Positions 43,091 to 54,666 of a stretch of DNA of 64,000 nucleotides are shown piece after piece. This DNA comes from an uncultured Acidobacteriota bacterium. Its GTDB lineage: Bacteria > Acidobacteriota > Thermoanaerobaculia > Gp7-AA8. Both the position numbers and the translations under genes were made by a program. The notes beneath the pieces are model-generated. The model ran no database searches and was not told the DNA's origin. It saw only the letters and a list, made by a program, of their open reading frames with translations. The stretch covers positions 96,001-160,000 of the forward strand of contig CAVUKB010000004.1 of NCBI GenBank assembly GCA_963741955.1. The letters are read 5' to 3'. Each line of letters opens with the position of its first letter. Position 1 is the first letter of the stretch.

Positions 43091-43469
43091 CCGTCAGCGG
43101 CATGACAGCGCTGCAGAAATCGCAGCGGCGCTCGGCGCGCATTAACAAGTCCTACCGAACGACGTACGGGCGGTTCACGAGATCGGTCATCTCGGGTCCT
43201 TTGTAATAGGGCTTGGGATGCCGGGCGGATGTGTCGATCCGACGGGAACGTCCGGATGGTGGTCGACGAACGTCGGGTGGCTCGACGAAGAAGGATGGCG
43301 AGAGTTCCGGGGTCTGATGAGCAACGAGGCCGGAAGGCCGACCGGAGCCGCCTCTGGGACCAAGCTCGTTATCGGGGCCAGGCCTTCGATTCTCGCTTGC
43401 GTGTGTAGCGACGCCGACGGAGCGACGTGCTCTGCCTCTGAGAAGAGATGGGTCAGGGCTTTGCCTGTC

Positions 43470-46450
43470 GGTTGTCCATCGTAACTCACTGCCGCAGCGT
43501 CACTTAGCGTCAACGTCGACTCCATCCAGCGGACGCTCTTCGGCGGCCAGACGCCACTCCCTCTCCTCACCGCGAGCTACCGCAACGCGGGACGTCCCGA
43601 TGTCCGCGCCGTCCAGACCGATTGCACCGCGATCCCGAACTGCACGCCGAGCTCGTTCGCGAGGAGATACGGCTACGACAGCGAGACCGGACGGCTCGAC
43701 GAGATGCGCGTCGAAACGGCGGGCGGGATGACCCTCGCCGGATCGCGCGTCGGCTTCGACGGGCTCCAGATCAACGACATCGAGATCCTCGGCGTGTCGA
43801 ACGGCGCGCGTCATTCGCGTTTCGCGTACGACGCCAGGAGCCGCCTCGCCGGGTCGATCTACGGCACGACCACCGACGCGCAGCCGACTCCGGGCGCGCC
43901 GAGCACGAGCCAGGCCACCGAAGAGCTGACCCCTGCCGACTTCCGCTCCGGCCAGGAGCGGACGCCGCAGCTCGACTCGGCGACGCGCTCGGTCCTCGCC
44001 TCGGGCGGGATCGACCTCTCGCTGCTCGACCCGCCGTCGATGACCGCGGCCGAGAGCGCGGGACACAAGATCGACTCGATCACCCGCGGCTCCACCACCG
44101 AGGCGCTCCACTACCCGCAGTCGCAGAGAACCGAGGACGGGACGTTCGTCTACGAGTGGGACGAGAAGGGGAGGCTCACGAGCGTCACGGAGAAGCCCAC
44201 GTCCGCGAACGGGAAGATCCGGCGGATCCTGTACGACTACGACGGCAACGACCGTCTCGTCGGACGCCGTGCGGAGATGGCCGAGGTTACCGATCCCGCG
44301 GCAGACCTCGCGACGCTCAGCTGGGAGCCGGCTCGGATTTCTCCCACCATCTCTGCTGCGGAGGCGGATAGCGGCCTGTCTGCTGCGTTGCGCTTGCTTC
44401 GGCTCCTCGACATAGTCACCACTATGCCTTCGTCGCCGAAGCTGCGCACGCCTTGCATCCAGACCCCTCTCCACCTTCTCGCGACGAGACGGTGAGAGAA
44501 ATCCGAGCCGGAGCCCGGTCCCGATGTCCTCGCGAGCGACGGGCTGCCGGCGGACGTCACGCTGGTGTGGGATCCGCTCTCGGACACGCTCGTCTCCATC
44601 TTCAAGGCGGGGGCGAGCCGGAACGTATCGATCGACCCGAATGGCGGACTCCTCGCGCAGTTCATCCACGGCGGGCTCTCGTACGACGACCCGATCGAGA
44701 CGACCCGCGTTTCCACGCGCCCGAGCACGACTGGCAGCGAGATCGGCCGCTTCTATCCGGTTTACGACGAGGCCGGGACGGGGAACCTCGACGCGGTGCT
44801 GAACGCGAGCGGGGAGATCGTCGCCCGCAACGTGCCGAACGACCCGTTCGGCGCGCACGAGCTCGATCTCAACGGCGCGGCGGTCGACGGGATGGCGATC
44901 CGCGCCGCAAAGGACCGCAACGGCCATCTCTCCTCGGTCGACGTCACGGTGCGGACCACCGAGGCGCTTAGCGCGGCGACGCTCGCAGCGGGTCTGCGGC
45001 TCGCGGCGGTGGACGGCGGGGGAGCGGTGGTAAGATCCTCGGGCGCAGTCCCGCAGCTCATTGACAACGATCCGTATACGGCACGCTTCACGCTGACTCC
45101 CGCGCAGTGGACCGCGCTGACGGATGCGTCTCCGGTGGGACGCTCACGCCGGCGGCGATGTCGGTCGCGGTGACGAAAGACCTCCGGGCCGCGGCATGGG
45201 GATCGGACGTCCCCGTTCTCCCGGCGCCCGACTGGGCGACCGCATCGCAGCCGGTGACGAGCTCCGGGGAGCTTCCGGTGGAAGTGCGCGAGTCGCTCTC
45301 GAGCCTCTCGGCCTGGCTCGCCGGGGTCCCGGCGGACGGCGAGGCGACGAAGAAGCTCTACGAGGTCGACTCGCTCGCCCTCCTCGCCTCGGCAGCCCCC
45401 GCCTCAGGAGGCGGCGAGAGTCCCATGGGCGCGATGCTCACCGCCCGCTTCCAGGCCCAGCCCTTCACTGAGCCGCTCACCCGCCACAACTACGTCCGCG
45501 CGAGATGGTACGACCCGGAGACCGGGACGTGGCTCTCGCCGGATCCGCTCGGGTACCGGGATAGCTCGAACCTGTACGCGTTCGCGGGCGGAGATCCGGT
45601 CAACGGAAGGGATCCGAGGGGGGCGCAAACTGCGGAGGATGACCCGAGAGATGTAGCGGACAGCGGCGTCGACATGTATTACGACGCCCGCAAGAGAGAA
45701 ACGCAGGCTCTCAAGACTGCTGGAAAGATTGGGAGAGCTGGATATCAGGTTCTCGATCTCGCGACTGACTTCGCGCCGGGCATCGGCGTATTAAAGATTC
45801 CGCTCCCTTTCATCGAGGCCTACAAGCGTGGCGGACGACGAGAGCTCATGCGCATGGGCCTAGATGCCGGCGCGGTCGTCATGATCTCCGCTGTTCTCAC
45901 ACACCGGCTCCACCCTAAAATTCAACTTACCAAGGAGGAACTGGCGCTCGAAGAGAAAGCTGAGTTCAAGCTATCGCTCGAAGCAGACGAGCTGGAGGCG
46001 AAAGCAGCCTCACTTAACGCCTCAAGTGGCCTACCAACCACCAATCCTCGACGATTGCTAGCTGGAAAGACCTCATCCGAGATGGGACTCGACTTTCAAC
46101 GGTCCGTTCATGAAGCGCTCGGCATTCCAGAGAATACGGCAAAGTTCACGGGAACAGCTCGGTCAGGGAAACTCGTTAACACCGAACCAGATCTGTACGG
46201 GCTGAGGACCGGCGTTACCGAAATTAAGGACGTTCGTGAGATCAGCTTCGGCGAGCAATTGCAAGCTCAGTTCGACGTCGCGAGGCAGTCGAACCAGTCA
46301 TTTAACCTGATCATAGGTCCCCAAACGGAAACTGTCTCGCGAGCACTACAGCAGGCCATTCGATCTCGTGGGGGTGTGATCGTTTAGTACGATGCCGCGA
46401 CGGGAAAGTGGCGGTACGTGAAATTTGATCGCAATAAGGTGGTTCGATGA
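43470..46450 (+). pseudogene. Orphan Rhs cassette (core type B) with Tox-REase-7-like CT; interrupted by a MITE, a frameshift near 45139 and an amber codon at 46385
   Basis: Homologous to 56960-58935; CT PD......EIKDV..IS...QL.A....A......FNLI. Confidence 0.8.
44330..44509. mobile_element. 180-bp MITE
   Basis: 24-bp TIRs GGCTCGGATTTCTCyCACCrTCTC; 6-bp duplication GGAGCC (44324-44329, 44510-44515); absent from the paralogous cassette near 57815. Confidence 0.85.
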
Positions 46451-47199
46451 AAGAACGGCTTGCCATCGGGCTTTTGACGCCATTATCGATGGACGACGCG
46501 TCAAGCGGCGCAAGAGTGCTTGACATCCTAGTTCGAACGGCACCGGAGCTATCGCCTGAGTTCTATGGCAACTTCGAGCCGGTAAAGACGCCGTTTCAGT
46601 CAATTGAAGAGAGCGTCGGTTGGTGGAAGCCTCCGTTTCTTTGGAAGCGTACAAAGCGCGTGCGCGTCGATGGTGCTGTGTGGTTTACAAACCGAGGCAA
46701 TCACTCTGCTGTGTACATCACGGTGAAGGCGCGGCGTCCGCCAATAGAACAGGCGGTCGCTTTCATTCAAGCTGCGGCGCTTACGCTGTCGGCCGACTTA
46801 GCATATGTGCATCTGATGACGGAAGAGGAGACCAAGTCGTCGCGCGGCACCTACGATACGTGGTACCCGATCGACATCGGAATCACGACGCACGACTTGA
46901 AGAACGGCATTCCGAACGTCTGCTGGGCCATGGTGTTCGGGCCGGCATATGTCCGACTGATTGGCCGGGAGAAGCTCCGTACCGCGCCATGCTTCGACGT
47001 TAAGGATCTGGCTGACGAGCATGTCTATCTTCAGGTAACGGCGGACGTTGAAGCTATCCAGCAAGACTTCCAAGATTTCGATGACCTGCGGCAAAGAATC
47101 AGAGAGCATCTGGGCGAACAGTTTTTCCTAGCGCGACATCCTGATGATTCGGCGCGAGCTGTCCCGCAGTTCAGCGACAAACTCGGCGCCACTTCGTGA
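46447..47199 (+). CDS. Putative immunity protein for the REase toxin
   Basis: 250 aa; ATGA-coupled to the restored toxin end at 46450. Confidence 0.75.
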   Translation: MKERLAIGLLTPLSMDDASSGARVLDILVRTAPELSPEFYGNFEPVKTPFQSIEESVGWWKPPFLWKRTKRVRVDGAVWFTNRGNHSAVYITVKARRPPIEQAVAFIQAAALTLSADLAYVHLMTEEETKSSRGTYDTWYPIDIGITTHDLKNGIPNVCWAMVFGPAYVRLIGREKLRTAPCFDVKDLADEHVYLQVTADVEAIQQDFQDFDDLRQRIREHLGEQFFLARHPDDSARAVPQFSDKLGATS

Positions 47200-47681
47200 T
47201 GTTGCCCTGCTCAGAAACTCTGCACGGAGCATCGGATCCTATTGAAGGTGGCGAGCGATATCACGGCTCGCGGGCACGATGAGCGGAAGAGCGGCGGCGG
47301 AATCTCCCCGCAGCGGTGTCCTGCTCGGAAGGAAGAGGGTCAAGGAAGAGGGTCGGGCCTTCGCTCATCGCTCGCCCATCGTGCCGCGAAGATCGGGGTC
47401 AGGCCTTCGATTCTCGGTCGCGAGTGTAAGCGGCTGCATGGTCTGTGGTTAGCGACACGGTGACTTTGACTCTGAACGGAGAAAGCGGGGTCAGGTGCGT
47501 CGCTTCTCGGTTGATTCGTCAGATGCTCGATCGAATGCGGCGTAGTGGACTGGTGTCGATGGAGATCAGAACGGATTCGGCCTCCGTCTCGTGCCGAAAC
47601 CTGGACCGGGCGTCACTTGGAACGAGGCTCCGCCAGGGCGAATCGTCAGGAGTGATCAGTTTTCAGGGGATCGCGGTTGCC

Positions 47682-47991
47682 TCAGAACGGTGGTGGGCCG
47701 GCTGAGTCGCGGATGATGTCCGGGGGCGGAAGCATCGGCCAGATCGGAAGCGGACGCGCCGGAGGGGAGCCCGGGACTCCGGGCTGAAGCGACGCGAGGC
47801 ACTGGTCGGCGAGAACGCGGAGAAGAGGATCATTCGCCAGCTCGCGCTCGGAACGCGAGATCAAGTTCGAGACGTGTCCGGTGCTGCCGAGGCGCAAGGT
47901 GGCAGCGATCGGACGGAGCTGCTCGGCGCTCTCGTATCGGCCGAGCCACGCGGCCAGCATCCGTGCCGCGCCGCCTCGGCCGTGACGAATC
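47682..47991 (-). pseudogene. 3' remnant of a probable REP-associated tyrosine transposase (DnaA-C-like HTH tail), truncated by ISL3
   Basis: R..AAWL.R......L..IA..L......VS..I.R pattern. No HUH catalytic part is present, so the call is by inference. Confidence 0.45.
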
Positions 47992-49575
47992 GGATCTCCT
48001 AACAGGTGTGTAGCAGAGTTCATAGGCCGAGAGGATGGAATGCGATTGCTGACGTACAGAGGAACGCCATTGCGATCAGAGCTTCCGCGGTGTGAAAGCC
48101 GAAAGCGCGGTGACTGAGCATTCGGATCTTGTTGTTGCAGCCTTCAGCAACTGCATTCGTGAGTCGATACTCGAAGTAACGGCGGATGCCAGGCCATTTC
48201 GCCGCGACGGTTCGCGCGAAGCGAACGAGGGGTTGAATGCGGCTATGAACCGCGGACTGATACCAGCGCTTGAACCGTCGATCAGCTTGGCGGACGGACG
48301 AGGAGTCATAGATTTCCTGAAAGGATTCCTTGACCAGGTAACTGCGAAAGAGGGTGTGATTCATCCGCGCGAGCTCCGAGAGTTTCGCCTCCTCGGCATC
48401 ACGCAGGTTCCAGGGGTTCTTCAGGAGGACGAACCGAGTGGATTTGAGAGCGGAGCGCTCCTCGCCGGTGGCCTTTCGCATCTCGTCCCGCCTCACCTGA
48501 TCGATCGCATTCCCGAGGAGTTGGACCACGTGGAACCGATCGAAAACGACCTCGGCGTTCGGCAGTCGGTCGCGAACAGCTTTCTCGAAGGCCGCGCTCA
48601 TGTCGATGCTCACCAGACGGATTCGCGCGCAGCGCTCGGGGCCGAGCAGATCGAACAGCCCGTCGAGAACCTCTGCACTTTTACCCTTCGCCGCCCAGAT
48701 CATCTGCCCGGTCTCGTGGTTCGTGACCACGGTCATGAACTTCTTCGGCCGCCCCCAGCAGATCTCGTCGATGCCGATCCGGGTCAGATTCTCGAGCGCG
48801 TTCGGGTCGCGTTTTTCGGCAACCACTCGAGCGGCGATCCGTCCGGCCGTGAGCCAGCTGACCTTGAAGTACGCCGAGACCGCGGTTTGATTGGATCGCT
48901 GCAGAAACCAGGCAAGCTCGTCTTCGAACGCGCGGGTGAACATCGAACCAGGCCGTGCCCACGGAACCGCGGCCGTTCGCACCCCGCAGCGGCGGCAACG
49001 CACCCGCGGCAGATCCGCCCGCAGGATCACCCGGCATCCCCAGAGGCCGAGATGACGCCATTCGCGATGCTTCATCACCGTTCCGTGAAGCTCGGGAGCA
49101 ACCCGTCCGCACCCTCCGCACCGCGGACGTCTCCACGTTGGACTCACGTCGAGATAGAGACTCCGAGCTTCGAACCGAACCCCGCGAACCGTTACGTTTG
49201 CCATGTTGAGCAACTTCCGGAACAATGTCGTCAGGCGCACCGTGCCTGTCCTCCCCGTGTCTTGGTTTCATCGACTACAGACTACGGGAAATGGGCAGCA
49301 CGGTTCGCCGATTCCAACCTGCTATCGCTGCTTCGATCTTCACCTCTCCACGAGCAGCGACTTTCGGGGCACCTTCAGATCCTTCCGCGACGGCGGGGCA
49401 AGTTGTGGGAACGGCGGAAAACGCGGCGGCCGGGTGGCGGCGTTTTCCGCGGTTTCCACAACTTCGCTTTCCGAACGCTTCGGCGAACACCGACTTGCTC
49501 CTCGAAAACAGCCGCGTCGCCGTTCCTGCATGCCTCCGACAATCATTCCGCACCTACACACCTGTTAGGAGAACC
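47992..49575 (-). mobile_element. ISL3-family IS, copy 2
   Basis: Same IRs and near-identical to copy 1; no target duplication. Confidence 0.95.
48020..49240 (-). CDS. ISL3-family transposase
   Basis: Two aa differences seen versus copy 1. Confidence 0.95.
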   Translation of the reverse strand: MRLTTLFRKLLNMANVTVRGVRFEARSLYLDVSPTWRRPRCGGCGRVAPELHGTVMKHREWRHLGLWGCRVILRADLPRVRCRRCGVRTAAVPWARPGSMFTRAFEDELAWFLQRSNQTAVSAYFKVSWLTAGRIAARVVAEKRDPNALENLTRIGIDEICWGRPKKFMTVVTNHETGQMIWAAKGKSAEVLDGLFDLLGPERCARIRLVSIDMSAAFEKAVRDRLPNAEVVFDRFHVVQLLGNAIDQVRRDEMRKATGEERSALKSTRFVLLKNPWNLRDAEEAKLSELARMNHTLFRSYLVKESFQEIYDSSSVRQADRRFKRWYQSAVHSRIQPLVRFARTVAAKWPGIRRYFEYRLTNAVAEGCNNKIRMLSHRAFGFHTAEALIAMAFLCTSAIAFHPLGL

Positions 49576-49628
49576 ACACATTTCAGGTTGGCGTAGCGAC
49601 GGGCCAACTCGGCCTGGATCTCTACCTG

Positions 49629-50843
49629 ATGAAAGGAGGTGGCGAGCTCGCCGAGATGAAGGAAGGCTCGCTACTCGCTGAAGCCAAAGCGGCCGAGCGA
49701 TTCAGGAGAGAGGTTCGCGCCGCGGAGGAGTTGTCGGATCTCGAACGTGGTGGCGGGCGAGCGATATCCGAGGTCAAGGCAGGGATGAAAGAGGTCGGGC
49801 TCGAGCCGTGCCCGATCGGTGCGTGCCTCATCGGGAGTGCGCACATCGCAACTCCCGGCGGCTTCGAGCCCATCGAAGACATCAAGGTGGGGGACCGCGT
49901 GACCTCGACGTATGTCGATTCCTCGCACCCCGACGGGTGGACCGATGTCGATCCGATCGACTGGCATGTCCTCACGTTGCGGATGGACAATCCGCAGCAG
50001 CCAGGCGACACCTATGAAATCGAGATGCTCCGTCCAGTCGGATGGGTCGTTGCGCACGGAGCATACCCTGGCCGCACGATCGAGCTCGCGACCGAACGCA
50101 ATGCGAGGGACGAGGCGCACGTCGTGAGCGTCGAGCCGGCACCGCGGATCGCCACCGGCTCGGGTCGCGTCGTTCTCGCGACGTACGTTCACCAGGACCA
50201 GATTCTCTCTATCCGGTTCGTTGGAGTGGACGAGCCGGTGGCGTCCTCGCCGTGGCACCGTCTTTTCTCCGTCGATCGACATGACTGGATCATGGCTCGG
50301 GATCTCCGCGTCGGCGAGCGCGTTCGCGCGAGATCCGGAGAGGCCACGATCGCGGCGATCGAGCAAGAATTTGCAGGAGCGCGCGTGTTCGACATTGAGG
50401 TTGAGCGCGATCACGCGTACTATCTTGGCCCGGCCGCCATACTGAGCCACAATTGTGGAGATCGTCTGCGCGACCTTCCCGATCGACCCGGTATCTACCA
50501 CGTTGAGGCGGAGGGTCGCTATTATACGGGGTCGGCGATAAACGTCCGGAGCAGAGTTATGGATCCGAATCATCCAGCGCGAGAGCTGTTCGACGCCGGC
50601 GATGCAAAGATTACGATCTGGGACGTCGACCTTGGTCACGCGAATCCGGCTCTGACGACAAGGGGAACGATGGGGGCAGCATACAACCACAGCCTGCGAG
50701 GCGCCGAGCAAACGATCATGGATGAAGTAGGAAACGTGCCACGTACGGGCGGTTCCCTGAACCGCATCCGTGCGGCTGCCGTAGGTCGGCATGAACATTT
50801 CCTGCGTCAGAACCCTCTCGTTGGTCTTCCGAAGAGGTACTAG
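49629..50843 (+). CDS. 5'-truncated toxin cassette: pretoxin HINT (49824-50453) + GIY-YIG-like nuclease CT
   Basis: CL...........G...IEDIKVGD.V ... VFDIEVE..H.YY.G...ILSHN|C, then LP..PGIY........YTGSA.NVR.R. Confidence 0.8.
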   Translation: MKGGGELAEMKEGSLLAEAKAAERFRREVRAAEELSDLERGGGRAISEVKAGMKEVGLEPCPIGACLIGSAHIATPGGFEPIEDIKVGDRVTSTYVDSSHPDGWTDVDPIDWHVLTLRMDNPQQPGDTYEIEMLRPVGWVVAHGAYPGRTIELATERNARDEAHVVSVEPAPRIATGSGRVVLATYVHQDQILSIRFVGVDEPVASSPWHRLFSVDRHDWIMARDLRVGERVRARSGEATIAAIEQEFAGARVFDIEVERDHAYYLGPAAILSHNCGDRLRDLPDRPGIYHVEAEGRYYTGSAINVRSRVMDPNHPARELFDAGDAKITIWDVDLGHANPALTTRGTMGAAYNHSLRGAEQTIMDEVGNVPRTGGSLNRIRAAAVGRHEHFLRQNPLVGLPKRY

Positions 50844-50844
50844 A

Positions 50845-51711
50845 ATGAGCTTGTCGATGATGCACCAAGAAATGGTGAGCTATGTTGGCTCCATGCCATC
50901 TGAGCGAATTGTGATCGTTGCAGATCGCAACCAGCAAACACGGATGAGCGCGATTCTGGGCCCGGGGCGGGTAGTACTACCTCAACAAGCGGCTACGCTG
51001 TTGCGGTCTCGAACCGACGTCGCTGTTAGACTCGACATCAAACAGCCCAATGTACTTCGGGACGTGTTACTCGATATGGCCGAACTTCAGGTGAAGTATT
51101 TGGCCATACCATCCGTACTCGCGACGGAGATTTACACCACTCTCTTGCCGAAGGCGGTCAAAGTGTTAGAATTCACGGGCCCTGAAGTCGCCCGAGTTGA
51201 CGCATCGGCCAGAGTTGAAGGTCTGACGCGTCTAGTAGGGGATCGCGTTAAGTGCGAGCCGCAGTCGTTTCGCACCCTTTTGCACACAGACATCGAGGCC
51301 GACTCTGCGGGCGTGCGGTTCATCGTTAACTCGCGGCAATTGAGGACTGTCAACGCGAAGAAGGCGGGCAATTCGGATTTCATAAAGTCTTTGGAGGGAT
51401 CTGAACTGGTGCAGCTGGGTATCCGTGGCGCGTCGCGTGTGAATCTGTTTGATGTGTCCAGGATGCGTAAGCTGGTCGGTCTATGGGTCCAAGACGTTAG
51501 GGGTGAACTTGATCTCGCGCCCCTTGCTGCCAGCGAGATTTGCGAGCTCACGATCGGTTATTGCTCCCAAGTTCGAAACATCGACGTGCTACGAGACTGG
51601 ACATCCTTACGCAGGCTTCATGTCTTCGGTTGTGGGGATATCGGCGTAGAAAAGGCGATCAGAGCCGTCGAAGGCCGCTTCGAGGTTGTGGTCATCGATG
51701 GTTCGGGATAA
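50845..51711 (+). CDS. LRR-like immunity protein
   Basis: LxxLxI/V repeats (LRDWTSLRRLHVFGC); starts 1 nt after the toxin stop. Confidence 0.7.
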   Translation: MSLSMMHQEMVSYVGSMPSERIVIVADRNQQTRMSAILGPGRVVLPQQAATLLRSRTDVAVRLDIKQPNVLRDVLLDMAELQVKYLAIPSVLATEIYTTLLPKAVKVLEFTGPEVARVDASARVEGLTRLVGDRVKCEPQSFRTLLHTDIEADSAGVRFIVNSRQLRTVNAKKAGNSDFIKSLEGSELVQLGIRGASRVNLFDVSRMRKLVGLWVQDVRGELDLAPLAASEICELTIGYCSQVRNIDVLRDWTSLRRLHVFGCGDIGVEKAIRAVEGRFEVVVIDGSG

Positions 51712-51726
51712 CAGCGACCTAACTCC

Positions 51727-52073
51727 AATATGGGGGCGAGGCCTTCGCCTGTCGGTTCTTCGTCCTAAGCCACTGTCGAAGCAGCACTTCGGTTGCGCTG
51801 TCTCTCGGCGCGGATTGCACTCCATGCCCCTCCGCAGTGGTCGTCCGGGCCCTCGAGAGCCGGCGCGTTGCTCCGAACCTATTCTACGAGGAGTAGAACC
51901 CTGGGCGCGAGAGCCGAGGGACTCTCGGTCGCCTGGTACGACCACGTCGACTCGAGTTTCGCGCCGCCGCGTTCCACGTCGCCCGGCGCGGCAACGGGCC
52001 GATTCAATTCGCGGAGACGTCGTTTTCGTGCAGCAACTTGGACGCATCGACCGAAGAGCGAAGGCCTGACTCC
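51727..52073. repeat. ~347-bp non-coding element with inverted AGGCCTTCGC..TCGGT ends; second copy at 62026-62372
   Basis: Direct comparison at offset 10299; both copies precede type-A cassettes. Confidence 0.75.
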
Positions 52074-54666
52074 GAACAACCGCCTCGGGTTCGAGGACGG
52101 AAAGCCGGTTCCGCCGTCCGGGAACGAGATCCCCGGCCTCTCCTGGCCGACCGGCCCCGTGACGGGATTCCCGAGTGGCGAGGTCACCGTCTCGGGAGGA
52201 ACCGTGGTTTGGGGCGGCGCGCTCGAGCGAGACACGGCCGCTCGCATCAAAAAGATCGATCTAGCCGGAGTCGTCTCCCATGGTTCCAGCTACACCTACG
52301 ACAAGGACCGTGGATGGCTCCGCGAGTCGATTCTGGTGCGGCCGGACGAGAAGCTCAGTTCGGTCCCGCCCACGATCGATTCGTTCGTCCCGGCCGACTT
52401 CCTCACTCTCCACGAAGCTCCTTCGGCACTCTCTACAGCGCAGAACCAGAAGCTCGGGGAGAAGGCGTGGTCGATCGAGCCCGCAACCTGGAGCGCCTCG
52501 CGGCAGACCGGGAGCCGGATCGGAACGCTGACCCTCTCTCTCCCGGGTCTGGACGACCTCTCCCGCACGTTCCAGTACACCGGCGGCCGGCGCACCTCGG
52601 ACGGAGTCTGGACGTACACGTGGGACGATTTCGAGCGGCTCACCGCGATGGAGAACCCCTCGACCGCGCGTCGCATCGAGTTCCGGTACGACACGAATGG
52701 GCGGGTGATCTCCCGGACGGCATTCCGAACCGATGGCATCGATCCGCTCCTCGAAGACCGTGGGGACATTCTCGCGAAAGACGGGCTTCCGGCCGACACG
52801 ACGTTCGTCTGGGATCCGATCGCCGACCGTCTCGTGGCGATCTTCGAAGGTCGCCAGACACTGGTCCCCGGCGGCCCGAAAGCGTACGACGGTCTCCTCC
52901 GCCAGATGCTCCATGGCGACCAGGGGTACGACGATCCGGTCGAGGTCCTCAAACGCGTCGGCGGCAGCTCGGCGGCCCCGGAAGTCGAGCACCTCTATCC
53001 GGTGGTCGACCACTCGGGGACCGGCTCCCTCCAGGCGGTCCTCGGCGCGGACGGCAATCTCATCGAGCGCGTCCTCTACGGCAGCGCCTGGGGAGCGAAG
53101 CCGAAGTACCTCCAGGGACCGCTCGTCGAGAACGCGAAGCTCGAAGCAGAGAAGGACGGCAGCGGAAATCTCACGAAGGTCACCGCCGAGATCCGGCTGA
53201 CCGAGAAGATCGCCGAGAGCTCGCTCCCGGGCATGGTGATCCATCTGCTAAAGGCCGACGGCAGCGAAGCCGCGGGAACGACGGGTACGCTCACGGTCGA
53301 TTCGAAGAAGCCGAACGTCCTCCTCTGGACGATGACCGGCGCGGAGTGGCAGTCGTGGACCGCCGCGAGCGGAGCGGCGACGCTCGAGATCGCCGTCACG
53401 GACCAGCTCCGCGCGGAAGCGTGGGGGGAAACGCCGGTCATGCCGGCCCCCGAGTGGGCGCCGACGCTGTATGGTGTAAAATCGAGTGCATCACAACCGT
53501 GGCAGCGTCGCGAGTCCCTCGCAACGCTCGCCACCGAGCTCTTTGACAAGACCGCGGCCGGCGCGACCCGCGACCGGGAGATCTACGACATCCCGGACCT
53601 CTATCTCGCCGCCTCGTCCGACTCCAAGACGCAGCTCCTGACCGGCTTTCACGCCTATCCCTTTACGGAACCCGCATCCGGGCTCGTCTACCTCCGCGCA
53701 AGGTGGTACGACCCAGGGACGGGGAGCTTCCTCAGTCCTGACCCGCTGGGGTATCAGGACTCCTCGAATCTCTACGCATTCTGCGGCGGCGATCCGGTCA
53801 ACTGCTCGGACCCGACCGGCAACGCTGGCGTCAAGAAGGGATCGATCAGCTATCCCGACAATCCTCTGCCAGGTGAGACGCGCGAGCAGTACGTCACTCG
53901 GCTAACCAAGAGCGGCCAGGTCAGCTTCATGGACGCCGCAATGATGGGCGAGTGCTACTTCACGAGCCAATGCGGCAGCGCCCGAATCACGGAGATCGCA
54001 CAGCAGGTCGATACCCGTGTAAAGGCACAAGCGAAGCTGATGCTGACGATGGAGGCTGTCGGAGTCGCGACGGTCTTCACGGGCGGTGCAGCGGGCGGGT
54101 TGGTGACCACATACGGTGGCGGGACATTGCTTGCCACAACCATCGGCGGAGCTGTCGGAGGAGCAGCGGGGCAGGGAACGGCAGACCTCATCAGAGGCAA
54201 GCGTTCGTCGGGCGCTGACTACGCACAGTCAGCGCTGCTCGGAATCGGCGGTGCTTACATTGGTGGCGCCGTCATGGGCGGTGTGGATCCAGGGCCGCTC
54301 ACGATCTTCAAAGCTCCGGTTCGATCGTTTCCGACGCTAACGTTCAGGTACTCGGAGACGCCTGGCATCGCCGCGAACATCGAGACAGCGCAGCAGTCTG
54401 GAACACCAAGTACGCTTTCACGGGCGACGAACAGAAGCTTGATTCGTGCGAATCGCCGTGTAGCTCTGCGGGGTCAGACCGCTCCGGGGTCGGGTTTGTC
54501 GCTCGATGAATATCCGTTCGCATCGACGTATCAAGGTGGATCAGGGGCGCAGGTAGCGGCCGTGCCGGTGCACGAACAGAACGTACAGGGAGGGAAGCTG
54601 TCCATCTTCTATCAGGAGCATGCGATCGGTGAAGGTGACTGGTTCCATGTAGTGATAAAACCATGA
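52074..54666 (+). CDS. Orphan Rhs cassette (type A) with NucA/NucB DNase CT
   Basis: Homology to the main gene from FEDG.PVPP; CT NRR.AL......G.SLDEYPFAST.QGG.GA.V..V...EQ..QGG.L..FY. Confidence 0.88.
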
